Positions 1-9,490 of a stretch of DNA of 36,500 nucleotides are shown in pieces (position 1 is the first letter of the stretch; every line of letters starts with the position of its first letter). The stretch is from Chiloscyllium plagiosum (lineage: Eukaryota): the NCBI RefSeq assembly GCF_004010195.1, contig NW_025213848.1:1-36500 (forward strand). Reading direction: 5' to 3'. The position numbers and the translations under genes are program-made. A model generated the notes under the pieces. That model was not told the DNA's origin. It searched no databases and saw only the letters and a program-made list of their open reading frames with translations.

Positions 1-39
1 ATTTGTGAAGAAAGGATGAGGTGAACGCATTAATGAGCC

Positions 40-450
40 ATTCATGTGGGAGTGAAGATCAAAATTTTGCGTCTTATTTGAGTGGTGCTGAGAATAAACA
101 ATCAGCAGCAACCATGAGCAGGAATTCTTTTATAGGAGCCGACCAGTGATGGTAACGTCAATATGGTTACAGTCAGGATACTGAATGTACTTGCAGCAAG
201 GGCAGTACAGTAACTGTGAGTGACAGTGGTCTCCATCCCGACTGGACAACTAATGAGTGTCAGGGCTATAATGGATGGAATCCTAGACTGTATACGGGAT
301 GGTTTCCTTTCACATCACATCAAGAGCCATCAACTAAATTGTCTGTTACAGATCAAATGTTGTGTAACAATAAATATTTAATAAACCCATTATAAAGGTG
401 TTTTGTGAGTAGAAACCCATAATGTTATACAGAACATATTGAGTTTGAGT
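40..450 (+). mobile_element. Highly decayed CR1-type LINE ORF2 endonuclease fragment
   Basis: Residual motifs: ggaattcttttatagg (like GVFYRPP), aagggcagtacagtaactgtgagtgac...gactgg (like KGSTVIVGDFN..DW), gactgtatacgggatggtttcctt (DCIRDGFL). Many stops and frameshifts. Confidence 0.55.
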
Positions 451-464
451 TCAGACGATGAGAC

Positions 465-775
465 GGAGGAGCGAAATTAGGCCATCTGGCCCATTGAGGA
501 TGCTCTGCCCTTCAGTCAGATCATAGCTGATCTGATGGTCCTCCACTCTATTTACTTGCCTTTTCCACAAAGCCCTTGTTTCCCTGATTCATTAAAATCT
601 GACCAAGTCTGTTGTAAATATTCTCAATGACCCAGCCTCGACAGCCCTCTGCAGTCAGGAATTCCCACAGAGTCACTACCCTCTGAATGAAGACATTCCT
701 CCTCATCACCATCTTAAATGGGTGAGCCCTTGCTGGGATTTTATGCCCTCTGGTTACAGATTCTCACACAATTGA
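465..775 (-). mobile_element. CR1-type LINE 3' end fragment
   Basis: Resembles 1535-1810 (ggaattcccacagagtcactaccctctga...cctcctcatc versus gaattccacagacccaccattctgg), which is the ORF2 C-terminus and 3' UTR in antisense. Confidence 0.7.
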
Positions 776-789
776 AAGGAAAGGACGTG

Positions 790-1518
790 ACAGAGATAAT
801 TATTGCAGATGACATGAACATTGATGGAGTTGGGGTTAATGAGCAAGGAGATCCAAGGTTGAAGGAGGTTACAGATCAGTAGGAAAAACGTGCAGATAAA
901 TGACAAATAGAGTTTAATCTGGACAAGTATGAGGTCATGTTAAATTCAAGAAGAAGGTTAGCAGCCACAGCGACATTGATACACCGAAGGATCTTGGTGC
1001 AAGTCAGTAACTCCCTGAAAATGGCAACAGAAAGTGTTTCAGGTGGGAAATAAAGTAAATGGAACACTGGACTTTTTTCGGTCACAACGTTGTGTCTAGT
1101 GGTTTGCACCTGATGTTGTAATTGTATAAAACTTCTGCTTGGCCACATTTGGAGTACTGTGTGCAGTTCTCATCTCCACACTATAGAAAGGATGGGGAGG
1201 CTTTTGAGTGATTGAAAAAGGGGTTTATCAGCACGTTGCCTGTGTTACGTCTTTGAAGAGAGTATTAGGTATAAGAGGAAATTAAACAAAGTTGGATTGT
1301 TTTGTGAGAGTATCAGAAGCTGACAGGCGACCAGGTACAGGAAAGTAAAATTAGGACACGGACTGATAATGTGGATAGTCAGAATCTCTTTTCCAATGTG
1401 TAAGTTTCAAATAAGGTGAGAAAGAGGAAATTTAAACGAGATGTGTGAGGCACTTTTTTAACGGAGAGAGTGCAAGTTACTGAGGGAGGTTGGCGAAGCA
1501 GAAATTTGAGCAAAGCAT
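790..1518 (+). mobile_element. Old CR1-type LINE RT and C-terminal fragment, continuing at 6181-6340
   Basis: attgcagatgac (ADD), cttggccacatttggagtactgtgtgcagttc (PHLEYCVQF) and gatgtgtgaggcacttttttaacggagagagtg (FFTERV-like). It is collinear with the copy at 18200-19000. Confidence 0.75.
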
Positions 1519-1593
1519 TAAGACCATAAGACATAGGAGTGGAAGTAAAGCAACGAGTCCACTCCGCCATTTAATCATGGCTGATGGGGCATT

Positions 1594-4540
1594 TCAACTC
1601 CACTTACCCGCATTCTTCCCGTCGCCCTTAATTCCTTGTGACATCAAGAATTTATCAATCTCTGCCGTGAAGACCCTTCGCGTCCCAGCCTCCACTGCAC
1701 TCCGCGGCAATGAATTCCACAGACCCACCATTCTGGCTGAAGAAATGTCTCCGCATTTCTGTTCTGAATTGACCCCCTCTAATTCTAAGGCTATGCCCAC
1801 GAGTCTTAGTCTTCTCGCCTAACAGAAACAATTTCTTGGCATCCACCCTTTCCAAGCCATATATTATGTTGTAAGTTTCTATTATATCTCCCCTTAACTT
1901 TCTAAACTCCAATGAGTACAATCCCAGGATCCTCAGCCGTTCCTCGTATGTTAGACCTACCATTCCAGGGATCATCCATGTGAATCTCCGCTGGACACGC
2001 TCCAATGCCAGAATGTCCCTCCTGAGTTATGGGGCCCAAATCTGAACACAGTACTCCAAATGGGGCACAACCAGAGCTTTATAAAGTCTCAGTAGCACAT
2101 CGTTGCTTTTATATTCCAACCTCTTGAGATAAATGACAACATTGCATTCGCTTTCTTCATCACGGATTCAAACTGCATGTTTACCTTCAGAGAATCCTTG
2201 ACTAGCACTCCCAGATCCCTTTGTACTTTGGCTTTCTGAATTTTCTCACCGTTTGGACAGTAGTCCATGCTTGTATTCTTTATCCCAAAGTCCAGGACCT
2301 CGCATTTGCTCACATTGAATTTCATCAGCCATTTCTGGACCACTCTCCCACACTGTCTAGATCCTTCTTCAGCCTTCCCACTTCCTCAGTGTTATCTGCC
2401 TGTCCACCTAAATTCGCATCATCAGCAAACTTCGCTAGAATGCCCCCAGTCCCTTCATCCAGATCATTAATATATAACGTGAACAGCTGCGGCCCCAACA
2501 CTGAACTCTGTGGGACACCGCTTGGCACCAGCTGCCATTCCGAAAAAGAACCTCTTATCCCAACTCTCTGCCTTCTGTCAGACAGCCAATCCTCAATCCA
2601 TGCCTGTAACTCACCTTGAACACACCTCCCGTATGGCTCCTTATCAAAGGCCTTTTGGAAGTCTCGATAGACCACCTCCACTGGGTTTCCCTGGTCTCAC
2701 CTAATTGTCACCTCTTCGAAGAATTCCAACGGGTTTGTCAGGCACGACCTCCCCTTACTAAATCCATGATGACTTGTTCTTATCCGACCCTGCTCTTCCA
2801 AGAATTTAGAAACCTCGTCCTTAACGATGGATTCCAGAATTTTACCAACAATCTCGGTTAGGCTGATTGGCCTCTAATTTTCCAGCTTTTGTCTTGATCC
2901 TTTCTTGAACAATGTGGTTACAACAGCGATCTTCCAATCATCCGGAACTTTCCCTGACTCCAGTGACTTTTGAACGATCTCAACCAACGCCATCGCTATT
3001 TCCTCAGCCACCTCCCTCAGAACTCGAGGATGTAGCCTATCGGGGCAAAGAGATTTGTCAATTTTAAGACCTTTTAGCTTTTCTAGCACTATCTCTTTTG
3101 TAATGGCAACCATACTCAACTCAGCTCCTTGACTCTCTTTAATTGTTGGGATATTACTCATGCCTTACACTATGAAGACGGACGCAAAGTACTTATTAAG
3201 TTCTCCAGCTATATCCTTATCTCCCATCACTAGCCTTCCAGCATCAGTTTGAAGTGGCCCAATTGTACTTTTGCCTGTCGTTTGTTTCTTATGTATTGAA
3301 ATAAACTTTTACTATCATTTCTAATACTACTGGCGAACCTACCTTCATATTTGATCCTCTCCTTCCTTATTTCTCTCTTTGTTATCCTCTGTTTGTTTTT
3401 GTAGTCTTCCCAATCTTCTGATTTCCCACTGCTCTTGGCCACTTTATAGGATTTCTCTTTTTCTTTGATACATTTCCTGACTTCCTTTGTCAGCCATGGC
3501 TGTCTAATCCCTCCATGGATAATCTTTCTTTTCTTGGGAATGAATCTCTGTACTGTGTCTTCAATTATACCCACAGACCCCTGCCATTTTTGCTCTACTG
3601 TCTTCCCTGCCCGGCTCTGCTTCCAGCCGACTTTCGTCAGTTTCTCTCTCATGCCCTCATAATTACCTTTATTTATCTGTAACACCATTCCATCCGATTT
3701 TGCCTTCTCTCTTTCAAACTGCAGATTGAACTCTACCATATAATGATTGCTGCTTCCTAAGTGTTCCCCTACTTTAAGATCTTTTATAAAGTCTGGTTCA
3801 TTACATAGCACTAGGTACAAAATAGCCTGCTCCCTTGTGGGATCCATGACAATTTGTTCGAAAAAGCCATCCTGTAAGCATTCCATGAATTCCCTTTCTT
3901 TGGATCCACTGGCAGCATTATTTACCCAGTCTACCTGCATATTGAAGTTCCCCATGATCACCGTGACCTTGCCTTAGTTCCATAGATTTAGATTTGATTA
4001 GATTAGATTACTTTACAGTGTGGAAACAGGCCCTTCGGCCCAACAAGTCCACACCGACCCGCCGAAGCGTAACCCACCCATACCCCCTACATTTACCCCT
4101 TACCTAACACTACGGGCAATTTAGCATGGCCAATTCACCTGACCTGCACATCTTTGGACTGTGGGAGGAAACCCACGCAGACACGGCGAGAACATGCAAA
4201 CTCCACACAGTCAGTCGCCTGAGGCGGGAATTGAACCCAGGTCTCTGGAGCTGTGAGGCAGCAGTGCTAACCACTGTGCCACCGTGCCACCCAGTAATTT
4301 AATTTTGTTCTTAACTAACAAGGCCACCCCACCCCCTCTGCCCACCTCCCTGTCTTTTCCTTGGATGTTTAACTGCCAGTCCTGAACCCCCTGTAACCAT
4401 GTCTCTGCGATGGTTACAACATCATAATCATTCACGAAGATCTGTGCTGTTAGTTCATCTTCATTGTTACGAATGCTACGAGCATTCAGGTAAAGTGCCT
4501 TAATTCTAACTTTCTTATCATTAGAGATATTGGAAGACAT
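1594..4540 (-). pseudogene. CR1 ORF2 pseudogene: APE endonuclease plus reverse transcriptase
   Basis: ORF-track pieces: LYLNARSIRN, IAETWL, IMGNFN, LGSSNH (endonuclease); PDDWKIAVV, DFQKAFDK, GVPQSSVLGPQLFTLYIND, KFADD (RT); LGLYSLEFRKLRGD, TRGHSLRI, VGLWNSLP (CR1 C-terminus). Split over at least 7 ORF pieces. Confidence 0.92.
3983..4292 (-). mobile_element. tRNA-derived SINE (HE1/V-SINE-like), full length, inserted in CR1 ORF2
   Basis: The minus strand begins GGGTGGCACGGTGGCACAGTGG (A box), has GGTTCAATTCC (B box), a central GTCTGCGTGGGTTTCCTCC...CACAGTCCAAAGA, a CR1-like tail GGGCCGAAGGGCCTGTTTCC and an (AATCT)n end. Confidence 0.92.
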
Positions 4541-4683
4541 AAGATGTCCTAGGTTATCCTTCCTTTATGTTGCATTCCTAGTCTGCCTCAAGCTTACATC
4601 CACCTGCATGCATGCCATCCTCCTGCTTATCTTTCCATTTAACTCCATACTCCCTTTCGCTTTCACTTTCCCTTCCCCCCAAC

Positions 4684-5641
4684 TCAGAAGTTTAAAGTCC
4701 TACTGACCACCCTATTTATCCTCTTCGCTAGAACATTGGTACCAGATCGGTTCAGGTGAAGACCGTCCCAACGGTTCAGATCCCCCCGGTTCCATAACTG
4801 ATGACAATGCCCCATGAAATGGAATCCCTCTTTCCCACACCAATCCCTTAGCCACGTGTTCACTTCTCTAATTTTCTTATCACTCTGCCAATTGGCACGT
4901 GGCTCAGGCAGTAATCCGGAGATTATGACCCTTGAAGACCAGTACTTCAATTTCCTTCCTAGTGCTTGATAAACCCCAAACAGGTCCTCCACCCTAGCTT
5001 TGCCTATGTTATTAGTCCCAACGTGGACCAAAACAACTGGATCCTCCCCCTCCCGCTCCAATGTCCTTTCAAGCCGGTCGGAGATGTCCCGCACCCTGGC
5101 ACCGGCAGGCCACACACCATGAGAGACTCCCGATCCGGCTTGCATAGGATACTATCTGTCGCCCTAATTATAGAATCCCCTATAACAACTACTTATCTTT
5201 TTGCTCCCCCCTCTTGAATGGCCTTCTGCACCATGGTGCCGTGATCAGCTGGCTAATCCTGTCCAGAACCCTTTTACTCATCCATATAGGGAGCAAGAAT
5301 CTCATACCTGTTGGACAACTTCATTGGCTGAGGCTTCTGCACTCCTGAACTCAGGTTCCCGCTACCTGCCTCACTTACAGTCACACTCTGATGTCCCTGA
5401 TCACGAACTGAATGTGAATTCTTAATCTGCCAGGTGTGGCAGGCTCCTGAAACAAAGCGTCCATGTAACTCTCCCCCTCCCAGATGTGCCGCAGTGATTG
5501 AAGCTCAGATTCCAGATAATCACCTCTGATCCGGAGTTCTTCCAGCAACCAACACTTGCTGCAGATGTGATCACTGCCATTCACAATGGGGTCAGCCAGC
5601 TCCCATATCATGCAGCTACAGCACACCACCTGCCCAGCCAT
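4684..5641 (-). pseudogene. CR1 ORF1 pseudogene: N-terminal Cys4 zinc finger and coiled coil, plus SGNH esterase domain
   Basis: ORF 5381-5641 has CSC..CSKC followed by LLEELRIR..LESELQSL. VVIGDSIIR is read by hand at about 5164-5190. ORF 4684-5145 has GARVRD, VHVGTNN and DGLHLN, which match the SGNH blocks. Confidence 0.88.
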
Positions 5642-5809
5642 CTCTGCTTAGTTAATTACTTTGTGTAAGTTTGAGTTAAATACTTTCTGATACCTCACTG
5701 CTATAGTCTTTTTCTAAAAACGTATTAATAGATAAACAATAAAAAATATATTTTTAGCCATCACCGATAAATAAATAAAAATTCCTTACCTTAACAAATC
5801 AGAGTCCTA

Positions 5810-6175
5810 TTTTTGGTTGGTGGGGGTGGGGTGGGGGTGGGAGACACAACACGTGTAGTGTCTCGGGTTTAGCCACTGCCCAGATATATTACCAGCAGTC
5901 CCCTGGTCGTCGCTCCCACTCTTCCTACTTATTAACTAGGTTAGAGGAGGAGGGTGGGTGGGAGAGTAGTAGAGTCTCGGAGTTAGCCATCTTGCTGACA
6001 TATATGGTCACTGCTTTCCTTCCCGGCTGCCCCTCTGGTCGTCGTCACTTCGTCCATTGCTCCCGCTCCTTCTCCACTGCTGCTCGCACTTAAAATGGCC
6101 GTTGGCGTCGAAGGGTGAGTATTTATACTCACTGCTTTCCTTCCTGGCTACCCCTCTGGTCCCCGTCACCTCCTC
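5810..6175. repeat. Imperfect repeated monomers and a palindrome in the CR1 5' UTR
   Basis: gtgggaga...gtctcgg..ttagcca occurs at about 5837-5875 and 5958-5989. cactgctttccttcc.ggct.cccctctggtc occurs at 6009 and 6130. The 24-bp palindrome gagacac-a-acacgtgt-a-gtgtctc is at 5841-5864. Confidence 0.8.
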
Positions 6176-6180
6176 CAGGG

Positions 6181-6340
6181 TGGCATTGAAGTGGCATTTA
6201 GACCGAAACATGAACAGGTAGAAAATAGAGAGATATGGTCCACGTGGAGGCAGATGGGACTATTTTAGAATAGCATTATGGACAGCACAGCCATGGTAGG
6301 CCGAAGGGCCTATTACTGTGCTGTACTGTTCTGTTTTCTA
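6181..6340 (+). mobile_element. 3' end of the old CR1 interrupted at about 1518
   Basis: ggcatttagac...gagagatatggtcc...ggcagatgggacta...ggccgaagggcct...ctgtgctgtactgttct is a canonical CR1 3' UTR, similar to 17490-17640. Confidence 0.75.
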
Positions 6341-6344
6341 ACTT

Positions 6345-6680
6345 CCCAGCATCTAACCTGTCAAAGCCCCCAGAGTCTTGGATTTTTCATTCAGTTTCTC
6401 TCTCATGTTTTCTGAACGTCAATGAGTTGAACTTCAGTCTACTCCACCTCTTCCCATTAGAAAATCCCTCCATTCGCAGGATCAGTCGAGTGACTCTCCT
6501 CTGGCCTGCCTCCAATGTGACAATGTCGTTCCTTAGGGCACCCAGACTGCTCATAATATTCCAGGTGTGGTCTGATTGTACCTTACTCTAGATCTCCCTC
6601 TTTTTAGACACCATTCCCTCTGTAATAAACGCCAGTATTTGATTTGCCTTCTCTATTACCTGCTGACACTGTAAGCTAAC
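6345..6680 (-). mobile_element. Decayed CR1 ORF2 C-terminal fragment
   Basis: Collinear with 1840-2180 (ggatcagtcgagtgactctcctctggcctgcctccaatg versus ggatcatccatgtgaatctccgctggacacgctccaatg). Confidence 0.7.
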
Positions 6681-7542
6681 TTTTTTTTCAGATTGATAAA
6701 CAAGAACTCTCACAACACTTTCTGCTGTCAGTCTGAAACCAAATAGTGTTAGCTTGACAGTAAGTCAGGATCATATTGAAATGTGTTAGAAAGGATATGT
6801 CAATGTGCAATAACTGGACCCTTAGAAACACATTTGTACAAGAGAATTTATCGTTGAGCCTGTTGGATTTTATTTGTTCGTGTGGATATAAATTGCAGAC
6901 TAGATAAGGGTGTCGGAGATGTGTGGTGGTACGGAAGTTACGGATTATTTGAATTTTCAGAAACCTTTGCACAAGTTTCAAGACGGGCTAAAGAGTAACC
7001 TGGTAGAGAATAGGGCCCGTTAAAGATCAATGAAGTCACGTATGTGTGGAACCAGAGGAGATGGGTGAGATATTAGACAAAATAGTCTTGTCAGAATTTG
7101 CTGTGGAGAAAGACACGAAAGCTCAGGAAGTTGGGGAAATAAATAAAGATGTCTTGGAAAGAATCCTCAACAGAGAATAGAAAGTGCTGGAGTCTTAAAA
7201 CAAATAAAGTTGGATCAATCCTCAGGAGCTCATTAGGTGGATCCTAGTACATTGTGGGAAGCTAAGGAAGAGATTTCAGTGTCCCGAACAGAAATATTTA
7301 TATTATCAACAGACACAGTGAGGTACCGGAAAACTGAAGGGCGGCTAATGCTGTTCCATCACTTCAGGCTGCAGGGAAAAGCCTAGAAATTACAGCCCAG
7401 TGATGGGTAATTTGTTGGAGGAGCTTCTGAGAGAAAGGAGCTACGTATATTCGGAAGGGCAAGGGCTGATTAGAGATAGTCAGCATGGCTTTGTGAGTGG
7501 ATAACAGTGTTTCTCAAACCGGATTGACTCTTCAAGGAGGTG

Positions 7543-7678
7543 GAGACAGTGAAGTCTGCAGATGCTGGAGATCAGACTTGAGAGGGTGTTGCTGGAAAAG
7601 CACAGCAGGTCAGGCAGCATCCGAGGAGCAGGAAAATCGACATTTCAGGCCGGAGCCCTTCATCAGGAATGAGGAAGT
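7543..7678 (-). mobile_element. Penelope-like element terminal (pLTR) fragment, family A
   Basis: Closely similar to 12818-12955, which is joined across a gap to a PLE RT fragment. It carries a hammerhead motif. Confidence 0.8.
7635..7670 (-). ncRNA. Minimal type I hammerhead ribozyme motif (PLE-associated, slightly degenerate)
   Basis: Minus strand reads ATTC-CTGATGA-A-GGGC-TCCG-GCCT-GAAA-TGTC-GATT: CUGAnGA box, stem II, GAAA box and GUC triplet. Confidence 0.65.
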
Positions 7679-7840
7679 TCGCCAAGAGATAGAAGGCAGA
7701 GCAGTCAAAGTTGTCCACATGGACTTCAGCAAAGCATTTGACAAGCTTCCGACGGATGTAGAATGTCTAGTCAAGAGGAAGAAGGAAGCTGACTTAAGGA
7801 TGAGGAAGCAAGCATCAAATAGACCTCTATAGGGTTACAT

Positions 7841-7948
7841 GGGGCAGTACGGTGTCTTAGTGGTTAACACTGTTGCCTCATAGCACCAGGAATCTGATTT
7901 TAATTCCAGCCCCCGACGACTGCATGTGGAGTTTGCATATTCTCCCAT
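7841..7948 (+). mobile_element. HE1/V-SINE-like SINE, 5' head only
   Basis: ggggcagtacggtgtcttagtggttaacactgttgcctcatagcaccagg...tgtggagtttgcatattctccc matches the head of the SINE at 4292-4185. Confidence 0.8.
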
Positions 7949-7949
7949 C

Positions 7950-8110
7950 GTTCAAAGTTTGTGAGAAGATTTGTAGCTCGGATGCTCGTTGCTGTGGTTC
8001 TGTTCGCCGAGCAGGAAGTTTTTGTTGCAAACGTTTCGTCCCCTGTCCAAGTGACATCCTCAGTGCTTGGGAGCCTCCTGTGAAGCAGGAGCTGAAGTTC
8101 TCACAAACTT
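7950..8110 (-). mobile_element. Penelope-like element terminal fragment, family B, with a short inverted end
   Basis: Carries a hammerhead motif. aagtttgtgagaa (7955-7967) recurs inverted as ttctcacaaactt (8098-8110). PLE assignment is inferred from the motif and architecture, since no RT is attached. Confidence 0.65.
8026..8066 (-). ncRNA. Minimal type I hammerhead ribozyme motif, second sequence family
   Basis: Minus strand reads GCA-CTGAGGA-T-GTCAC-TTGGACAG-GGGAC-GAAA-CGTT-TGC. Both core boxes are present, GCA/TGC form stem I, and stem III is a palindromic ACGT. Confidence 0.7.
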
Positions 8111-9490
8111 AGATGAGATCCTGTTTCTGTGGGAAGTGAGAGGGCCCTCGATCTGTACAGGGTCGATAGATAATAACCCACATTCCCGTTTAATTACGCA
8201 CACCGCTGAGTGGGTCCGAGCTATAATCCACCAGATTCTCTGACTGTCCCAGTCTCCCTGCAATGTAGCTACCCCGGAGAGGTTGCCTCTCCTTTTCCCT
8301 TTGTCCCAGTCCTGACCGGAGCATCCCCATGTTTAAATTCAGGTTTTGCCATTTTAGAATAAATAGGAGCAACTCCCAGAATGGTCCCTTCTTGAGTTAC
8401 ATACCTCCATATCTGAATACATTTTGTCATACTCTCGGTTTACATCGGGACAGGTTTGCATCATCCAGCTTCCTAGGTTCCCTCTCCGACTGCTCTCATT
8501 TTAGTAATTGAGGGGGTGAGGGGCAAATTCTTATTGGTAACTGACAAAGATGCTCCGGTATTAGCATCATGCAGTGCTGGCCCCTTGACAGCGCGTCAAT
8601 AAATACTCGTGGGCTATGCATGTGCACACGTGAACACAGGCCACTCACAATGTGAACATCTATCTCCCTCTCTCTGCCGACGTTCCTTGGCTATGTGCCC
8701 TTTCCTGCTTCCCATGTGACATTGCCAGTCTGTTTTCCCTCCCTGTACTGCAGCTATTCCACTGTGTTTCTGAGTTTGCCTCAGCTCTCATGCTCCAATT
8801 CAGAATGTGGTTGGAATTATCTCCCACTGGGAGTCCCATGTATATAATTACAGTTAAATAGGGCCCCATGTGATGTTTTAAATACATCAAACCTATTTCA
8901 TAATCACAGGTTGGGGTTTTGTAATCTCCTGTGGTCCTGACACACCTCAGGCTTCCTCTCTGTATGATCCTCGATATGACCCTTGGGTCCATGCGACACC
9001 AAGGTTAGTTTAGCCCATCAACTTCAGTTTAGTATATCAACGTCAGTGAGACTGTGTACCTCAATTAATTCATCCATATTCTCCCAATAAGTCCCATTAT
9101 TAACATTTCTCTATCAGGCTGGGTGTTCATTCACCAACATCTGTCGTTCAGTCGGTAAACGGTTCAGGTTGATTTCTATCAGTTCCATTCGCTGCCCCTA
9201 CCGTTTGTCCAAGTTTGAGCTTTGATGACTAGCAGTGCCATAGACATGGTCTTAAGGACCTTACAGGGCAGTGGGTCATCCCACCCATTGCCATCACTCT
9301 GTCCATATGTGGGTGCTTCACCATCTATCCCGTTCCAGTCAGTGTCACCATCCTCACTGCCTTCGGAGTAGAATGGGGCACTAGGTACCTCGCCCACTGT
9401 AACTACCATCTGGCATTTTGGCTTTAAGGTCTCACGTCTGAGAGCCACCATCTTCACTTGTTCCTGTTTCCCATAATAATGTAACACGTT
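8111..9490 (-). mobile_element. Decayed retrovirus-like LTR element: gag, protease and RT N-terminus (left-arm copy)
   Basis: Hand translation gives QCHMGSRKGHIAKER (degenerate CCHC knuckle, 8680-8721), PRVFIDALSRGQHCMML/TGASLSVTN (aspartic protease with a frameshift at DTG, 8520-8612), GTILGV, and ECGLLSIDPVQIEGP/FPQKQ (RT start, 8115-8190). Confidence 0.78.

Larger units (their letters stand above)
1519..6180 (-). mobile_element. Near full-length CR1-clade LINE (5' UTR, ORF1, ORF2, 3' tail), inactivated by frameshifts
   Basis: ORF1 fragments (5641-4684), then ordered APE-endonuclease and RT fragments (4540-1594), then a short-repeat 3' tail (taagaccataagacatagga at about 1519-1538). Confidence 0.93.
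6985..7835 (+). mobile_element. Decayed CR1 ORF2 fragments (linker to RT), interrupted by a PLE end
   Basis: gctaatgctgttccatc, cctagaaattacagccca (NYRP), gatagtcagcatggctttgtg (DSQHGFV) and MDFSKAFDK in ORF 7497-7832. Confidence 0.8.

Noticed and set aside
4220..4292. tRNA-like A and B boxes (also 7841, 20640, 29875 and 31500)
   Set aside because: They are SINE heads followed by SINE body and tail, not tRNA genes.
1490..5425. Many plus-strand ORFs of 60-130 aa
   Set aside because: They are antisense frames of the CR1 element with no independent protein signature.
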